Below, one piece after another: positions 41,391-51,975 of a stretch of 64,000 nt of DNA. The stretch's first letter is position 1, and each line of letters begins with the position of its first letter. Made by a program: the position numbers and the translations under genes. Source of the stretch: an uncultured Verrucomicrobiota bacterium (GTDB lineage Bacteria > Verrucomicrobiota > Kiritimatiellia > CAIQIC01 > CAZMXS01); contig CAZMXS010000002.1 in NCBI GenBank assembly GCA_964570325.1, positions 17,398-81,397 on the forward strand, given 5' to 3'. The notes below the pieces were generated by a model. It was not told the DNA's origin and searched no databases. It saw only the letters and a list, made by a program, of their open reading frames with translations.

Positions 41391-44030
41391 ATGAGACTGG
41401 CGGATAAAGTCACCGGGTTGCTGGTCATCGTGCTGGCGATTTCGATCGCCCTGAACTTTGCCGTTTTCCGCATTGTTATCTTCCGCGGCTTCATTCAGAT
41501 GGAGGATGAGCGCGCCGTCCAGGACATGGACCGCTGCCGCGAGGCGCTCAAGCGCGAGATTGATGGCGTCCGCATGCTGGCCATTGACTGGGCGCAGTGG
41601 GACGACAGCTATCGTTTCGTCGCGGACGGCAACCCCGAGTATACCGAGGCCAACCTGCTGCTTAAGTCGTTCAAAGATAACAGTCTTTCATTGATCGCCT
41701 ATTACACGATCTCCAACACGCTGGTCTGGGGCCAATGCTACGACCTCGACACCGGAGAAGAAATCCACCTGCGGGAGTTTGCCGGCACCACGCTGCCTGA
41801 TCATAGCGCGCTGGTCTCTTATCCGCAAACCCAGCCGGCGGTCGCGGGCATCCTGATGACCGACCGCGGACCAATGCTCGTCGCTTCGGCGACCATCCTG
41901 ACCTCGGAGGGCCTGGGGCCGCCGCGCGGCCACCTGATCATGGGCCGTTTCCTTGATGCCGCTCTCGTCAAGGCGTTGGGTGAACGGGTCAATCTGGCGT
42001 TGGATATCTTCCCGATCCCGGGGGGCAAAGTGCCGGATTCCGTGCGCGGGATTGTGGCCCAATTGCCGGCCGCGGGCGCGGCGCACATCGAGAAGAAGGA
42101 CGCGCGTCGCCTGCTTGTGTACGCGATTATCACCGACATTAACAACGCGCCCGCGATCCTGCTGCGCACCACGGTAGTGCGGGAAATCAACGCGCGCGCG
42201 CGCGCCACCCAGCACTATGTCTCCATTGCACTGCTGGTCGCCGGCCTGCTGATCCTCGTGGTTATCATCCGCCTGATGCGGGTGCTGGTAGTCGGCCCCA
42301 TCAGTTGGCTGACCCAGACGGTGCTGGCCGTGCGCGAAAGCGCGCGAACCGGGCTGGGTATTCACCGCAAGATCGCCCTGCGCCGCAATGACGAAATTGG
42401 CGTGCTGTCGCGCGAGTTCGAGAATACCATCCAGGAATGGGATGCCGCGCGCACCCGGGCGGAACAGGCCAGCCAGGCCAAGTCCGACTTCCTGACCTTT
42501 ATTTCACACGAACTGCGTACGCCCCTCAACGGCATCATGGGTTTGGCTGAACTCATCGCCAATGCCAAGTCGCTCGAAAGCAACCGCGAACGCGCGCGCA
42601 CGATCATTGACGAATCCGAATCGCTGGTCAATCTGATCAACGAGTTGCTCGACACGGCGCGGATCGAGGCCGGCAAGCTGGAATTGGAAAGCGTGCCGTT
42701 CGATCCCGCCGCCTTGGTCGAGAAGATCGTGTCGGTAATGTCGGTGCGGGCCCTGAAAAAGGGGTTGGGGTTCGACGTGCGGCTCGACCCCAAGCTGCCG
42801 GCCGAACTGATCGGCGACCCCGGCCGTATCCGCCAAGTCATCGTCAATCTCGCCGGCAACTCGCTCAAGTTCACCGAACAGGGCTCGGTTTCATTGGGAA
42901 TCAGCGTGTTGGAGGATCTCGGCCAGCGCGTCAAACTCCGCTTTGAGGTGGTGGACACCGGTATCGGCATTCCCCGGGAGAAACAAGAGGCGATTTTTGA
43001 GCGGTTCGTCCAGGCCGACCGCAACATTGCCGTACGCTACGGCGGCACCGGCCTGGGCATGAGCATCTCGCGCGACTTGGTCCGGCTGATGGGCGGGGAA
43101 ATCGGGGTGGACAGCGAAGTTGGGCGCGGCAGCACGTTCTGGTTCCAGCTTGTCCTGCGCAAGGGAACCGGCACGCGGCACGGCGAGGAGCCTGGCGCCG
43201 CCAATCAGCCGGCGCCCTATGAGACCGGCCGGACCGGCCACATCCTGCTGGTGGACGATTATGCGACCAATCGCGAAGTCGCCATGAGCCACCTCTTCGC
43301 CGCCGGCTACACAATTGAAACGGCCGAAAACGGTCTGGAAGCCATTGCCGCGGCGGAACGACACCGTTTCGACCTGATCCTGATGGATGTCGAAATGCCC
43401 GAGATGAACGGTTGCGAAGCAACCCGTCGGATTCGGGCCGGCAATTCACCTAATCGGCAAACCCCCATCCTGGCCATGACCGCTTATGTTTCCGGAGTGA
43501 CGCGTGAGGAGTGCCTAGCTGCCGGAATGAACGGCGTAATCACCAAGCCGATTCGCCGCAAGGCCCTGCTGGCCGAAGTGGACCGCCGGATTCGCCGCGC
43601 ACGCGGCGAGGCATCGGCCGGAGAAACCCAGACGGGCGCCCGGCCGGCGGCAACCGGCGCCGCGCAACAGGCCGAACCCATCCAGTGGGACCAGGCCGTC
43701 GCGGAATTTCTCGGCGATGAAAAGGAAGTAGAACGTCTGCTGCGCTCGTTCCTCGACGCCGGGGCTGAACAACTGGTACGTATGAAGGAAGCCATGAACA
43801 AAGGCCATTTCGCGCAACTGGCGCGCGAGGCGCATTCGATCAAGGGCGCCGCCACGAATTTGACAGCGGCGCCGTTGGCGGACGCCGCCGCCGCCCTTGA
43901 AAAGGTGGCCCGCGCGGGCAGCGGCTCGGAATGCCCGGCCGCGTTCGACAAAATGGTCGTGGAATTCGACCGGCTGCGCCGTCATGTTCAGACGCGGGTG
44001 CCGCCGGGCGAGAAGGACTGGCTGCAATGA
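41391..44030 (+). CDS. hybrid sensor histidine kinase (periplasmic sensor domain, HAMP, HisKA, HATPase_c, REC, HPt)
   Basis: Two TM helices flanking a ~250-aa extracytoplasmic domain; H-box SHELRTPLNGIMG; N/G boxes; receiver ILLVDDYATNREV...DLILMDVEMPEMNG; C-terminal HPt (AHSIKGAATNL). Confidence 0.85.
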   Translation: MRLADKVTGLLVIVLAISIALNFAVFRIVIFRGFIQMEDERAVQDMDRCREALKREIDGVRMLAIDWAQWDDSYRFVADGNPEYTEANLLLKSFKDNSLSLIAYYTISNTLVWGQCYDLDTGEEIHLREFAGTTLPDHSALVSYPQTQPAVAGILMTDRGPMLVASATILTSEGLGPPRGHLIMGRFLDAALVKALGERVNLALDIFPIPGGKVPDSVRGIVAQLPAAGAAHIEKKDARRLLVYAIITDINNAPAILLRTTVVREINARARATQHYVSIALLVAGLLILVVIIRLMRVLVVGPISWLTQTVLAVRESARTGLGIHRKIALRRNDEIGVLSREFENTIQEWDAARTRAEQASQAKSDFLTFISHELRTPLNGIMGLAELIANAKSLESNRERARTIIDESESLVNLINELLDTARIEAGKLELESVPFDPAALVEKIVSVMSVRALKKGLGFDVRLDPKLPAELIGDPGRIRQVIVNLAGNSLKFTEQGSVSLGISVLEDLGQRVKLRFEVVDTGIGIPREKQEAIFERFVQADRNIAVRYGGTGLGMSISRDLVRLMGGEIGVDSEVGRGSTFWFQLVLRKGTGTRHGEEPGAANQPAPYETGRTGHILLVDDYATNREVAMSHLFAAGYTIETAENGLEAIAAAERHRFDLILMDVEMPEMNGCEATRRIRAGNSPNRQTPILAMTAYVSGVTREECLAAGMNGVITKPIRRKALLAEVDRRIRRARGEASAGETQTGARPAATGAAQQAEPIQWDQAVAEFLGDEKEVERLLRSFLDAGAEQLVRMKEAMNKGHFAQLAREAHSIKGAATNLTAAPLADAAAALEKVARAGSGSECPAAFDKMVVEFDRLRRHVQTRVPPGEKDWLQ

Positions 44031-44449
44031 GAATGCTGGTAGTGGATGATGAACCCGTCAGCCGCCGCAAACTGCAGTTATTGCTCGAACAGTACGGCAC
44101 ATGCGAGACCGCCGACAGCGGCGAGCGCGCGCTGGAATTGATTTGCCAGGCCCACGCGCAGACCGAGCCTTACGCCTTAATCACAATGGATATCGAGCTG
44201 CCCGGCATACAAGGCCCCGAGGTCGTCGCGCGCATCCGGCAATGGGAGCGCGAAAACGCGGTTGGCGCCCCAGCCCGGATCGTGATGGTCACAGTCATGG
44301 CGGACGTGCCAACCGTCATGGCCGCCCTGAAAACCGGCTGCGACCGTTACCTGCTGAAGCCCTTCACCCCCGACAAGATCCGCGAAACGCTGACCGCCCT
44401 TGGTTATGAATTGAACCCGCCGCGGCAAAAGGCCGCTGGCGGCGCCTGA
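44027..44449 (+). CDS. single-domain response regulator
   Basis: MRMLVVDDEPVSRRKLQLLLEQYG...ITMDIELPGIQGPEVVARIR; ATGA overlap with the hybrid HK stop suggests translational coupling. Confidence 0.8.
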   Translation: MRMLVVDDEPVSRRKLQLLLEQYGTCETADSGERALELICQAHAQTEPYALITMDIELPGIQGPEVVARIRQWERENAVGAPARIVMVTVMADVPTVMAALKTGCDRYLLKPFTPDKIRETLTALGYELNPPRQKAAGGA

Positions 44450-44456
44450 ATGATCA

Positions 44457-44478
44457 GCGCCCACTCGGAGATGGGCGC
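44457..44478. terminator. GC-rich hairpin between the convergent RR and aroD gene ends
   Basis: GCGCCCA-ctcggaga-TGGGCGC inverted repeat 8 nt after the RR stop; no clear U-tract. Confidence 0.25.
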
Positions 44479-44582
44479 CACCGGCCCCCCCTTCCGTCGT
44501 CAACCGTGGCGGCCAAGACCATTGGGCGCTATTCAGGAAAATCCGGCATCTGTTTATGCGTTGCGCGCGCCATCCGGCCCAG

Positions 44583-45377
44583 TCAACGGCGGGCGTGAAC
44601 CGGTCCGGTATAGCCCGGACAATACTCGGCCAGTTGCCGCGCCAGTTGGCGGCACGACATCTGGCCGGGAGCCGCCGGCCGGTCAATATAGCCATAGGTC
44701 AGGCAGGAACCCGCGCACGCCAGGCTCAATCGGCTCTGAGCGCCCAAGGCGCCCATTCCGATCAAACATACCGGGCCGCGATCCGCCAGGCGGAGTATAT
44801 CAAACAGCTCGATCACGTCCGGCGGGCGATTGATGAAAGTGGCAATCTTTACGATACCGGCTCCGGCCTGGCGCCCCTGCCGCACATAGTCGGCCAACAC
44901 GGCGGCCGGAGAGGTGCCCAGAAACTCATGATACGAACCCACCAGCGTTTTGCCGCGCCGGCGCGCCTCGGCGGCCAAGGGCTTGATGATCGCGCTGCGG
45001 ATTTCGACGTCTATGGCGGATATATGCGGCAGCGCCCGCCGATACAAGGCTTCCCGCTCCGCCTCCGAACCAGCCCAATGTCCGCCCTCGTGGATCAGCC
45101 GAATGGTGAGCAGGACCGGGATGCCGGCGCGCTCGATCCGACGGCAGGCTCCGAGCCAGTCAGTCATCGTGGCGCCTACCTGGTCCAAGCGAATTTCCAC
45201 AATATCCATGACGGGCTGCTTGAGAAATGCCAAGTCTTCGACTTCCGCCGCTGTAGTCAACGACCCAACCACGCGCGGTACACCGCCAATGACCAATTTC
45301 CCGATTCTAACCGGTTTCACCACGACCTCACGCCGCTTTTGTTTTGCCACCGCCTTGCTCATCCCCACCCCCATCAT
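44583..45377 (-). CDS. aroD: 3-dehydroquinate dehydratase, type I
   Basis: TIM-barrel type I DHQase features (EIRLD...; VGSYHEFLGTSP...; KIATF). Start possibly at MSKAVAK (45359). Confidence 0.7.
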   Translation of the reverse strand: MMGVGMSKAVAKQKRREVVVKPVRIGKLVIGGVPRVVGSLTTAAEVEDLAFLKQPVMDIVEIRLDQVGATMTDWLGACRRIERAGIPVLLTIRLIHEGGHWAGSEAEREALYRRALPHISAIDVEIRSAIIKPLAAEARRRGKTLVGSYHEFLGTSPAAVLADYVRQGRQAGAGIVKIATFINRPPDVIELFDILRLADRGPVCLIGMGALGAQSRLSLACAGSCLTYGYIDRPAAPGQMSCRQLARQLAEYCPGYTGPVHARR

Positions 45378-45402
45378 TAAGACCCGCTTGGTGTTCCGCC
45401 GT

Positions 45403-46293
45403 TCAACCGCCCGTCGGAACCAGGACCGTCAGCGCCCGCGGCCGAACCATCACCACAACTTCCGCCGGCGCCTCAACCACCTCGCCGTCCACCTGAATCG
45501 GCGCGGGCATGACCCGCTGCACTATCAACTCTTGGAAGCGCCGGCTCATCACCCCCGGCAATTCATTCCAAGTGCCGTCAAACAGCTTGTTCAGCGACGG
45601 CAACAACGCCGGCGCATCCTTTTGCGCCACCACCACCAGTTCCAGGAAACCATCGTCCGGGCAAGCCTGCGGCGCAATGCGAGCCCCGCCACCGTACTGG
45701 GTCAGATTGGCAACAGTAAAAACCAGCGGATCCGAGAATTCGATCTGCTCCCGGCCGTCCAGCGTGACGCGCATGGGTTGCGGCACGTATCCGATCGCCT
45801 CATACACCGCCGCGAAAACATACGGTAGAATGCCGCGCACGGGGGACATCTGAAACGTCCGGGCCAACGCGGCGTCCCATGCCATGCTGCAGGTCACAAA
45901 AAACGGCCGCCCGTTGGCCGTGCCTACATCAATCGCCCGGCGCTGGGCCTTGAACAACGCCGCGGCAGCCCGTCCCGGTTGCAGCGGGATGCCGAAATGG
46001 CGGGCGAACCCGTTGCCGCTTCCGGCCGGGATCACGCCCAAGGCCACCGGGCTGCCGACCAACGCGCTGCCGATCGTGTTGACCATGCCGTCGCCGCCGA
46101 TCACCAGCACCGTATCTACGCCCTCGGCGATCGCCCGTTCCGCCTTGGCGCGCCCATCGGCCGCGTCCCGGCTGATCTGGTAAGCCAGATCCACGCCCGG
46201 CACGTCCCAGCATTCCTCCAGCACATTCTGGACAGCGCCGAACCCGCTGAGCAGCCGCGACCGGGGATTAATGAATACCCGCACTTTACGCAT
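45403..46293 (-). CDS. diacylglycerol-kinase-catalytic-domain lipid kinase (YegS/DagK-like)
   Basis: DAGK_cat motifs VLVIGGDGMVNT...GVIPAGSGNGFAR. Confidence 0.7.
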   Translation of the reverse strand: MRKVRVFINPRSRLLSGFGAVQNVLEECWDVPGVDLAYQISRDAADGRAKAERAIAEGVDTVLVIGGDGMVNTIGSALVGSPVALGVIPAGSGNGFARHFGIPLQPGRAAAALFKAQRRAIDVGTANGRPFFVTCSMAWDAALARTFQMSPVRGILPYVFAAVYEAIGYVPQPMRVTLDGREQIEFSDPLVFTVANLTQYGGGARIAPQACPDDGFLELVVVAQKDAPALLPSLNKLFDGTWNELPGVMSRRFQELIVQRVMPAPIQVDGEVVEAPAEVVVMVRPRALTVLVPTGG

Positions 46294-46420
46294 GGCGCAT
46301 AATCAATCCGGAATGAACGCGCGAAACAATACAATTCTGCGCGCCGCGCCGTGAACGCCGCCTCTGGCATTTCATCAAAGCACCTGATATATTCACCGGC
46401 GGTTTGGGAGTCTGAATCAA

Positions 46421-47452
46421 ATGAGCATTAAATACAAAGACTACTACGAAATTCTCGGTGTCAGCCGCACAGCGTCCGCCGATGAAATCAAAAAAGCCTA
46501 CCGCAAGCTGGCGCAGAAGTATCACCCTGACCGCAACAAATCACCCGAGGCGGAGACCCGTTTCAAAGAGATCAACGAGGCGCACGAAGTGCTCAGCGAC
46601 GCCGAGAAGCGAAAAAAGTACGACGCCCTTGGCGCGGGCTGGCGCTCAGGCCAGGATTTCCGTCCGCCGCCAGGCTGGGAGAACTACCAGTACGGCTTTC
46701 GCGGCGCGCCGGGCGGCGGCGCGGGCGGGTCAGCCGGCGGGTTCCGCATGGAGGATCTGGGCGGTTTCAGCGATTTCTTCGAGACGCTGTTTGGCGGCGG
46801 CTTTGCCGGCGGCGCGCGCGGGCGCCGGGCGGCGGCCACGGAGGAAGAATTTGGCGGCTTCGGCGCCGAACCGTGGACTCAACAGGGTGAGGATTTCGAG
46901 GCGGCGCTCAATGTCACCGTGGAGGATCTCTACCACCGGGCGCACAAGAAGTTTGCACTGGAAACCCCGGAGATGGACGCCCACGGCCAGGTACAATACA
47001 AGACCCGCACCTATGAACTGAACATCCCGACCGGTGCAACTGAAGGCACGCGCATCCGATTGAGCGGCCAAGGCGGCCACAGCCGGCGGGGCGGGCCGGC
47101 CGGACATCTCTACCTGCGTTTGCACATCCTGCCACACCGGCTGTTCAAGGTAGTCGGCCACGACCTGGAGGTGGACCTGCCCGTAACACCATGGGAAGCC
47201 GCGCTGGGCGCCAAGGTCAGTGTCCCGCTGGTGGATGGATCGGCCATGCTGACCCTGCCGCCGGGCACACAGAGCGGGCAACGATTCCGGCTGCGCGGCA
47301 AGGGCCTGCCGGAAAAAAGCGCGGATGGCGCGGGCGATATCTTTGTGATTGCGAAGATCGTTGTGCCCGATCACTTGAGTGCGAAAGAGCGCGAAGCCTT
47401 CGAAGCGCTGGCGAAAGTTTCGGTATTTAATCCGCGAGCCGGCCGGTTTTAA
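46421..47452 (+). CDS. cbpA: DnaJ-class co-chaperone (CbpA-like: J domain, G/F region, C-terminal substrate-binding domains, no Zn finger)
   Basis: J domain [33 protein letters not shown]; Gly/Phe-rich linker; no CxxCxGxG repeats. Confidence 0.8.
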   Translation: MSIKYKDYYEILGVSRTASADEIKKAYRKLAQKYHPDRNKSPEAETRFKEINEAHEVLSDAEKRKKYDALGAGWRSGQDFRPPPGWENYQYGFRGAPGGGAGGSAGGFRMEDLGGFSDFFETLFGGGFAGGARGRRAAATEEEFGGFGAEPWTQQGEDFEAALNVTVEDLYHRAHKKFALETPEMDAHGQVQYKTRTYELNIPTGATEGTRIRLSGQGGHSRRGGPAGHLYLRLHILPHRLFKVVGHDLEVDLPVTPWEAALGAKVSVPLVDGSAMLTLPPGTQSGQRFRLRGKGLPEKSADGAGDIFVIAKIVVPDHLSAKEREAFEALAKVSVFNPRAGRF

Positions 47453-47466
47453 AGCGGAAACCCGCG

Positions 47467-50100
47467 TCACGTCGTCCGCGGCGTGAGCAACTCCGACACC
47501 CGGGCGATAGCCTCGGCCACTTTGGACGGATCCTTGCCGCCAGCCTGGGCCTTGTGCGGCTGCCCACCCCCGCCGCCCCCGGCGACCTTCGCCACCTGGC
47601 CAATCAGTTTGCCGGCATGCAAGCCGCGCTTGACCAGGTCATCGCTCACGGAAGCCACGAAACATGCCTTGCCTTCGCAGGTGCTGCCCAGCACGATCAC
47701 ACCGGACGGCATTTTTGCGCGGATGACATCCATCATTCCGCGCAGGCTATCCTGCGTCTGCTCGCCAACCGCCGCCGCCACCAACTTCACGCCCGCAACC
47801 TCTTGTTGTTGATCGGCCAACGTGTCGGCCGCGCCGGCGGCCGCCTTCGCCGCCTGCTGCTTCAGCTCCTTCTCCAACTTGCGGACCTGTCCCACGAGCG
47901 CGTCAATCCGCCCCTCCAATTCGGCGGGCGGCGCGCTGAAGCGCTGAGCCAGGCTATGCACCAGGTCGTGCTCACGGCGGGTCAATTCATAGGCCGGCAG
48001 GCCGCAGACGCCTTCAATACGCCGGATACCGGCCGCGACGGAGCTTTCCGAGACAATCCGGAAATGGCCGAGCTGACCGGTCTGTTTCACGTGCGTGCCG
48101 CCGCACAATTCGCGGCTGAACCCGTCAATATCAATGACGCGCACGGTGTCGCCATATTTCTCGTCGAACACCGCGATGATCCCGGATTGCGGAACATCCT
48201 TGAGCGCCATCGTGTAGGTCCGGACCGGGTGATCCTCCATGATCCACTCGTTGACGCGTTTTTCGACCGCGCGCAGCTTGTCCGCATGCACGGCCTCGAA
48301 ATAATTGAAGTCAAACCGGAAATATTCGGGCGCCACCAACGAGCCGGCCTGCCGAATGGTCGGGCTGACCAATTCCCGCAACGCGCAGTTGAGCAAGTGC
48401 GTGGCCGTGTGGTGCCGAATCAGGCGCCCGCGCCGCCCGTGACCGACCAACGCCGCCGCCTTTTCTCCCTTGGCGATACGGCCCTGGGTCACTTTGCCGA
48501 TGTGCAGCACGATGCCCTCGGCGGGCCGCTGGGTATCCCAGACCTCGAACTCGCCCGATGGCGTGCGAATGACGCCGGTGTCGCCCACCTGGCCGCCGGA
48601 CTCCGCGTAAAAAGGCGTGCGCGCCAGCACCAACTCGCCGGCGCCACCCTCGGGCAAATCATCCGCCAGCCGCCCCTCAGCGAATACCGCCAGGATCTCG
48701 CCTTCGTCCGCCAGGGTGTCGTAACCGCTGAACTCGGATTTGATGCCGCGGTTAACCAGATCCGCAACCAGATCCATTTCTTTGTGGAAGACCGCGTCCT
48801 TGCGCGCGCCGCGGGCGCGTTCGCGCTGCTCCTCCATCAATTGCCGAAACCGTTCCTGGTCCACCACCAACTGTTGCTCGGTGGCCATCAGGATCGTCAG
48901 GTCCAGTGGAAAGCCATAGGTATCGTACAATTTGAATGCTTGGTCGCCAGGGAAGGTCGTTTCCTTGTGCTGCCGGAGATCGCGCACCACATCCTCGAAC
49001 AGGCTGATGCCACGATCCAGTGTGGCGGCAAAACTCTCCTCCTCAGCCTGCAGCGCGCGCAACACCTCCGTCCGCTGTTTCTTCAACTCCGGGAAAACCG
49101 GCGCCATCAACGTCTCGAGCGTGGGGAACAGCGCGCACAGGAACGGCTCCCGGAAGCCGAGCTTGCGGCCGTAGCGGACCGCGCGGCGCAGCAACCGGCG
49201 CAACACGTAGCCGCGCCCATCGTTCGATGGCACGACGCCGTCGGCGATGGCGAATGCCAGCGTACGCAGATGGTCGGCAATCACCCGCATGGCAATCGCG
49301 TCCGCGCCGGCGTAGGGGCGGCCGGTCATCCGCCCGATCGCGTCAATCATCGGCGTGAACAGGTCCGTGTCATAGTTGGAGGTTTTGCCCTGCAGGACGG
49401 CCACGACGCGCTCCAAACCCATGCCGGTATCTACATGCTTGGCCGGCAATTCCTCGAGCTGGCCATCGCCACGCCGATTGTACTGGATGAACACCAGGTT
49501 CCAGATTTCCATAACATCGGGCGAACCGGCGTTGACCAGTTCCGGGCCGCAGCCCTTTTCAGTTCGGTCAAAGTGAATTTCCGAGCACGGCCCGCAGGGG
49601 CCGGTTTCCCCCATCTCCCAAAAATTATCCTTTTCGTCAAAACGCAGGATATGGGCCGGATTGACATCCGTCACTTCCCGCCAGATCCGCGCGGCCTCGT
49701 CGTCCTCGCGAAATACGGTGACCCAGAGCCGGTCCTTGGGCATTTTCCATACCACGGTCAACAGCTCCCACGCCCAGGCAATGGCCTCGCGCTTGTAGTA
49801 ATCGCCAAACGACCAATTGCCGAGCATTTCGAAAAAGGTATGGTGATAGGTGTCCAGCCCGACCTCTTCCAAGTCGTTGTGCTTGCCGCTGACCCGAATG
49901 CATTTCTGCGTGTCCGCCACGCGCCGATACTGGCTTTCGCGCGCGCCCAGGAAAATCTCTTTGAACTGGTTCATCCCCGCGTTGGCGAACAACAATGTCG
50001 GGTCCGCGGGCAGCACCACCGGCGAACTCGGCACAATCTCGTGCTGTTTGGCGCGGAAAAAATCCAGAAACGACTGACGTATTTGGGCGGCGGTCAGCAT
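47467..50100 (-). CDS. alaS: alanine--tRNA ligase
   Basis: MLTAAQIRQSFLDFFRAKQHEIVPSSPVV...DPTLLFANAGMNQFKEIFLG; 877 aa; C-terminal DHHA1-type domain. Confidence 0.95.
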   Translation of the reverse strand: MLTAAQIRQSFLDFFRAKQHEIVPSSPVVLPADPTLLFANAGMNQFKEIFLGARESQYRRVADTQKCIRVSGKHNDLEEVGLDTYHHTFFEMLGNWSFGDYYKREAIAWAWELLTVVWKMPKDRLWVTVFREDDEAARIWREVTDVNPAHILRFDEKDNFWEMGETGPCGPCSEIHFDRTEKGCGPELVNAGSPDVMEIWNLVFIQYNRRGDGQLEELPAKHVDTGMGLERVVAVLQGKTSNYDTDLFTPMIDAIGRMTGRPYAGADAIAMRVIADHLRTLAFAIADGVVPSNDGRGYVLRRLLRRAVRYGRKLGFREPFLCALFPTLETLMAPVFPELKKQRTEVLRALQAEEESFAATLDRGISLFEDVVRDLRQHKETTFPGDQAFKLYDTYGFPLDLTILMATEQQLVVDQERFRQLMEEQRERARGARKDAVFHKEMDLVADLVNRGIKSEFSGYDTLADEGEILAVFAEGRLADDLPEGGAGELVLARTPFYAESGGQVGDTGVIRTPSGEFEVWDTQRPAEGIVLHIGKVTQGRIAKGEKAAALVGHGRRGRLIRHHTATHLLNCALRELVSPTIRQAGSLVAPEYFRFDFNYFEAVHADKLRAVEKRVNEWIMEDHPVRTYTMALKDVPQSGIIAVFDEKYGDTVRVIDIDGFSRELCGGTHVKQTGQLGHFRIVSESSVAAGIRRIEGVCGLPAYELTRREHDLVHSLAQRFSAPPAELEGRIDALVGQVRKLEKELKQQAAKAAAGAADTLADQQQEVAGVKLVAAAVGEQTQDSLRGMMDVIRAKMPSGVIVLGSTCEGKACFVASVSDDLVKRGLHAGKLIGQVAKVAGGGGGGQPHKAQAGGKDPSKVAEAIARVSELLTPRTT

Positions 50101-50229
50101 GGCGGCAACCTCAACTGGGATTTGCGATTTTCAATTTACGATTGACAATGGCCCGCGCGGTCCCGGCCGCCGGGATTAGCGATCTCGCCGCCAATGGCGG
50201 GATCGCCCCGCACGTCTCTACCGAAATCC

Positions 50230-51357
50230 TTATACCGCCGGCGCTTGCGGTTTGGTGTCTTTGGCCCCGCCGGCTGCGTGATGCAACTCCCGGCTCCGGG
50301 CTTTGACCCGCTCCTCGATCTTCTGCAGCAGCTCGGTATCGTGCTTGAGATTCTCGCAGGCGGAGTCCCGCCCCTGCCCGAGCTGCTGGCCCTCAAACGA
50401 TAGCCACGTGCCGCGCTTTTCCAGCAAGCCCAAATCGGTCGCGGCGTCAATAATCGCGCCAGTGCGCGAAATGCCTTCGGCGTATAGAATATCGAACTCC
50501 GCCTCGGTAAACGGCGGAGCCATCTTGTTTTTGACGACCTTGACCTTCGTCCGATTGCCGATCACCTTGCCGGCCGGATCCTTGATCGCGGCCAGGCGCC
50601 GGATATCGAGCCGGACCGAAGCGTAGAATTTCAGCGCGCGCCCCCCCGGCGTTGTCTCGGGGTTGCCGAACATCACACCAATCTTCTCGCGGATTTGGTT
50701 CGTGAAAATACAGCAGGTCTTGGACTTGTTCAGGATGCCCGTCAGCTTGCGCATCGCCTGGGACATCAGGCGCGCCTGGAGGCCGACATGCGAGTCGCCC
50801 ATCTGCCCCTCAAGTTCAGCGCGCGGCGCAAGCGCGGCGACGGAGTCAATCACCACCACGTCGAGCGAATTGCTGCGGACAAGCTGGTCGGCGATGGTCA
50901 ACGCCTCCTCGCCCGAGTCCGGTTGAGAGACCAGCAAGTCGTCGAGGTTGACGCCGATCTTCTTGGCATAGGCAGGATCGAGCGCATGCTCGGTATCAAT
51001 GAACGCGGCCATGCCGCCGGCCCGCTGGGCATTGGCAATGATATGCAGAACGAGCGTGGTTTTCCCGGACGATTCAGGACCAAAAATCTCGATGATGCGG
51101 CCACGCGGCACGCCGCCGATACCGAGCGCGTTGTCCAACGTCAACGCGCCGGTTGGAATGCAGGGAACGCTGACCATGGCCTCCTCGGAGCCCAGCCGCA
51201 TGATCGCGCCATCGCCGAACTCCTTTTGAATCTGGGCCAGAACCGCGCTCAACGCGGCCGGCAGTTTCTTCTCCTGCTTTTCCATCTTCTCCGTCTTTTC
51301 GATCTTTTCCACCTTGTCGGCCTCTGCTTTCGCGGCCGGCTGTGTTTTCGGCGCCAT
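50230..51357 (-). CDS. recA: recombinase RecA
   Basis: [10 protein letters not shown]...[33 protein letters not shown]...; Lys/Glu-rich N-terminal extension, so the true start could be the internal MEKQEKK. Confidence 0.95.
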   Translation of the reverse strand: MAPKTQPAAKAEADKVEKIEKTEKMEKQEKKLPAALSAVLAQIQKEFGDGAIMRLGSEEAMVSVPCIPTGALTLDNALGIGGVPRGRIIEIFGPESSGKTTLVLHIIANAQRAGGMAAFIDTEHALDPAYAKKIGVNLDDLLVSQPDSGEEALTIADQLVRSNSLDVVVIDSVAALAPRAELEGQMGDSHVGLQARLMSQAMRKLTGILNKSKTCCIFTNQIREKIGVMFGNPETTPGGRALKFYASVRLDIRRLAAIKDPAGKVIGNRTKVKVVKNKMAPPFTEAEFDILYAEGISRTGAIIDAATDLGLLEKRGTWLSFEGQQLGQGRDSACENLKHDTELLQKIEERVKARSRELHHAAGGAKDTKPQAPAV

Positions 51358-51361
51358 AGGA

Positions 51362-51970
51362 TCAAGCTCCTTTCAAGAGCGATTCATGCAATACTGTGTA
51401 TCGGACTCCCTGCGGATCCAGGTGACTCTGCATCAACCGGACCTCCCCCACCCGGGTCACTCCAAAGCGCGCATTTGTAGCGGAGGCTATCCGGGATGTC
51501 AATGCGTCGGCCCCGCGGCTGGCGCGCACACGGCCCAGCGTCAGGTGCGGTGTAAACGGACGCGAATCCACCATGAGTCCCAACTCGCGCACGGATGCCC
51601 GCACGCGCTCGTGGAGTCCGGTCAGGGCGCCGGTGGGATCCTCGATCCCGGCCCAAAGCACCTTCGGGGCGCGCGGCGAACCGAAAAAACCGGCGCCCAC
51701 TACCGTGTAATCGAATGGCGGCACAGCGGTGCCCGCCGCATCCAGCGCGGCCGCCAGGTCCGGCACGCGCGCGGCGAACACCGCCCCAAGAAACACCAGC
51801 GTGATGTGCAAGTTGGCAGGCTGGACCCAACTGACACGGGCCGGCGTCTGCCGCCAGGCACGCACGAGTTCGCCCAGGCTGCGGCGCACCGGCTCGGCAA
51901 CCGGGACGGCGATAAAAAGCCGCAGCACGGTGTCCGGCGCGAGCGGCAAACTGGACTGAACCGTTGACAC
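51362..51970 (-). CDS. thpR: RNA 2',3'-cyclic phosphodiesterase (2H phosphoesterase, ThpR/LigT)
   Basis: Two H-x-T-x motifs ([10 protein letters not shown] and [10 protein letters not shown]). Confidence 0.7.
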   Translation of the reverse strand: MSTVQSSLPLAPDTVLRLFIAVPVAEPVRRSLGELVRAWRQTPARVSWVQPANLHITLVFLGAVFAARVPDLAAALDAAGTAVPPFDYTVVGAGFFGSPRAPKVLWAGIEDPTGALTGLHERVRASVRELGLMVDSRPFTPHLTLGRVRASRGADALTSRIASATNARFGVTRVGEVRLMQSHLDPQGVRYTVLHESLLKGA

Positions 51971-51975
51971 GAGTT

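Noticed and set aside
50101-50229. Possible recX between recA and alaS
   Set aside because: Only a 129-nt gap with no ORF; recX is not present at this position.
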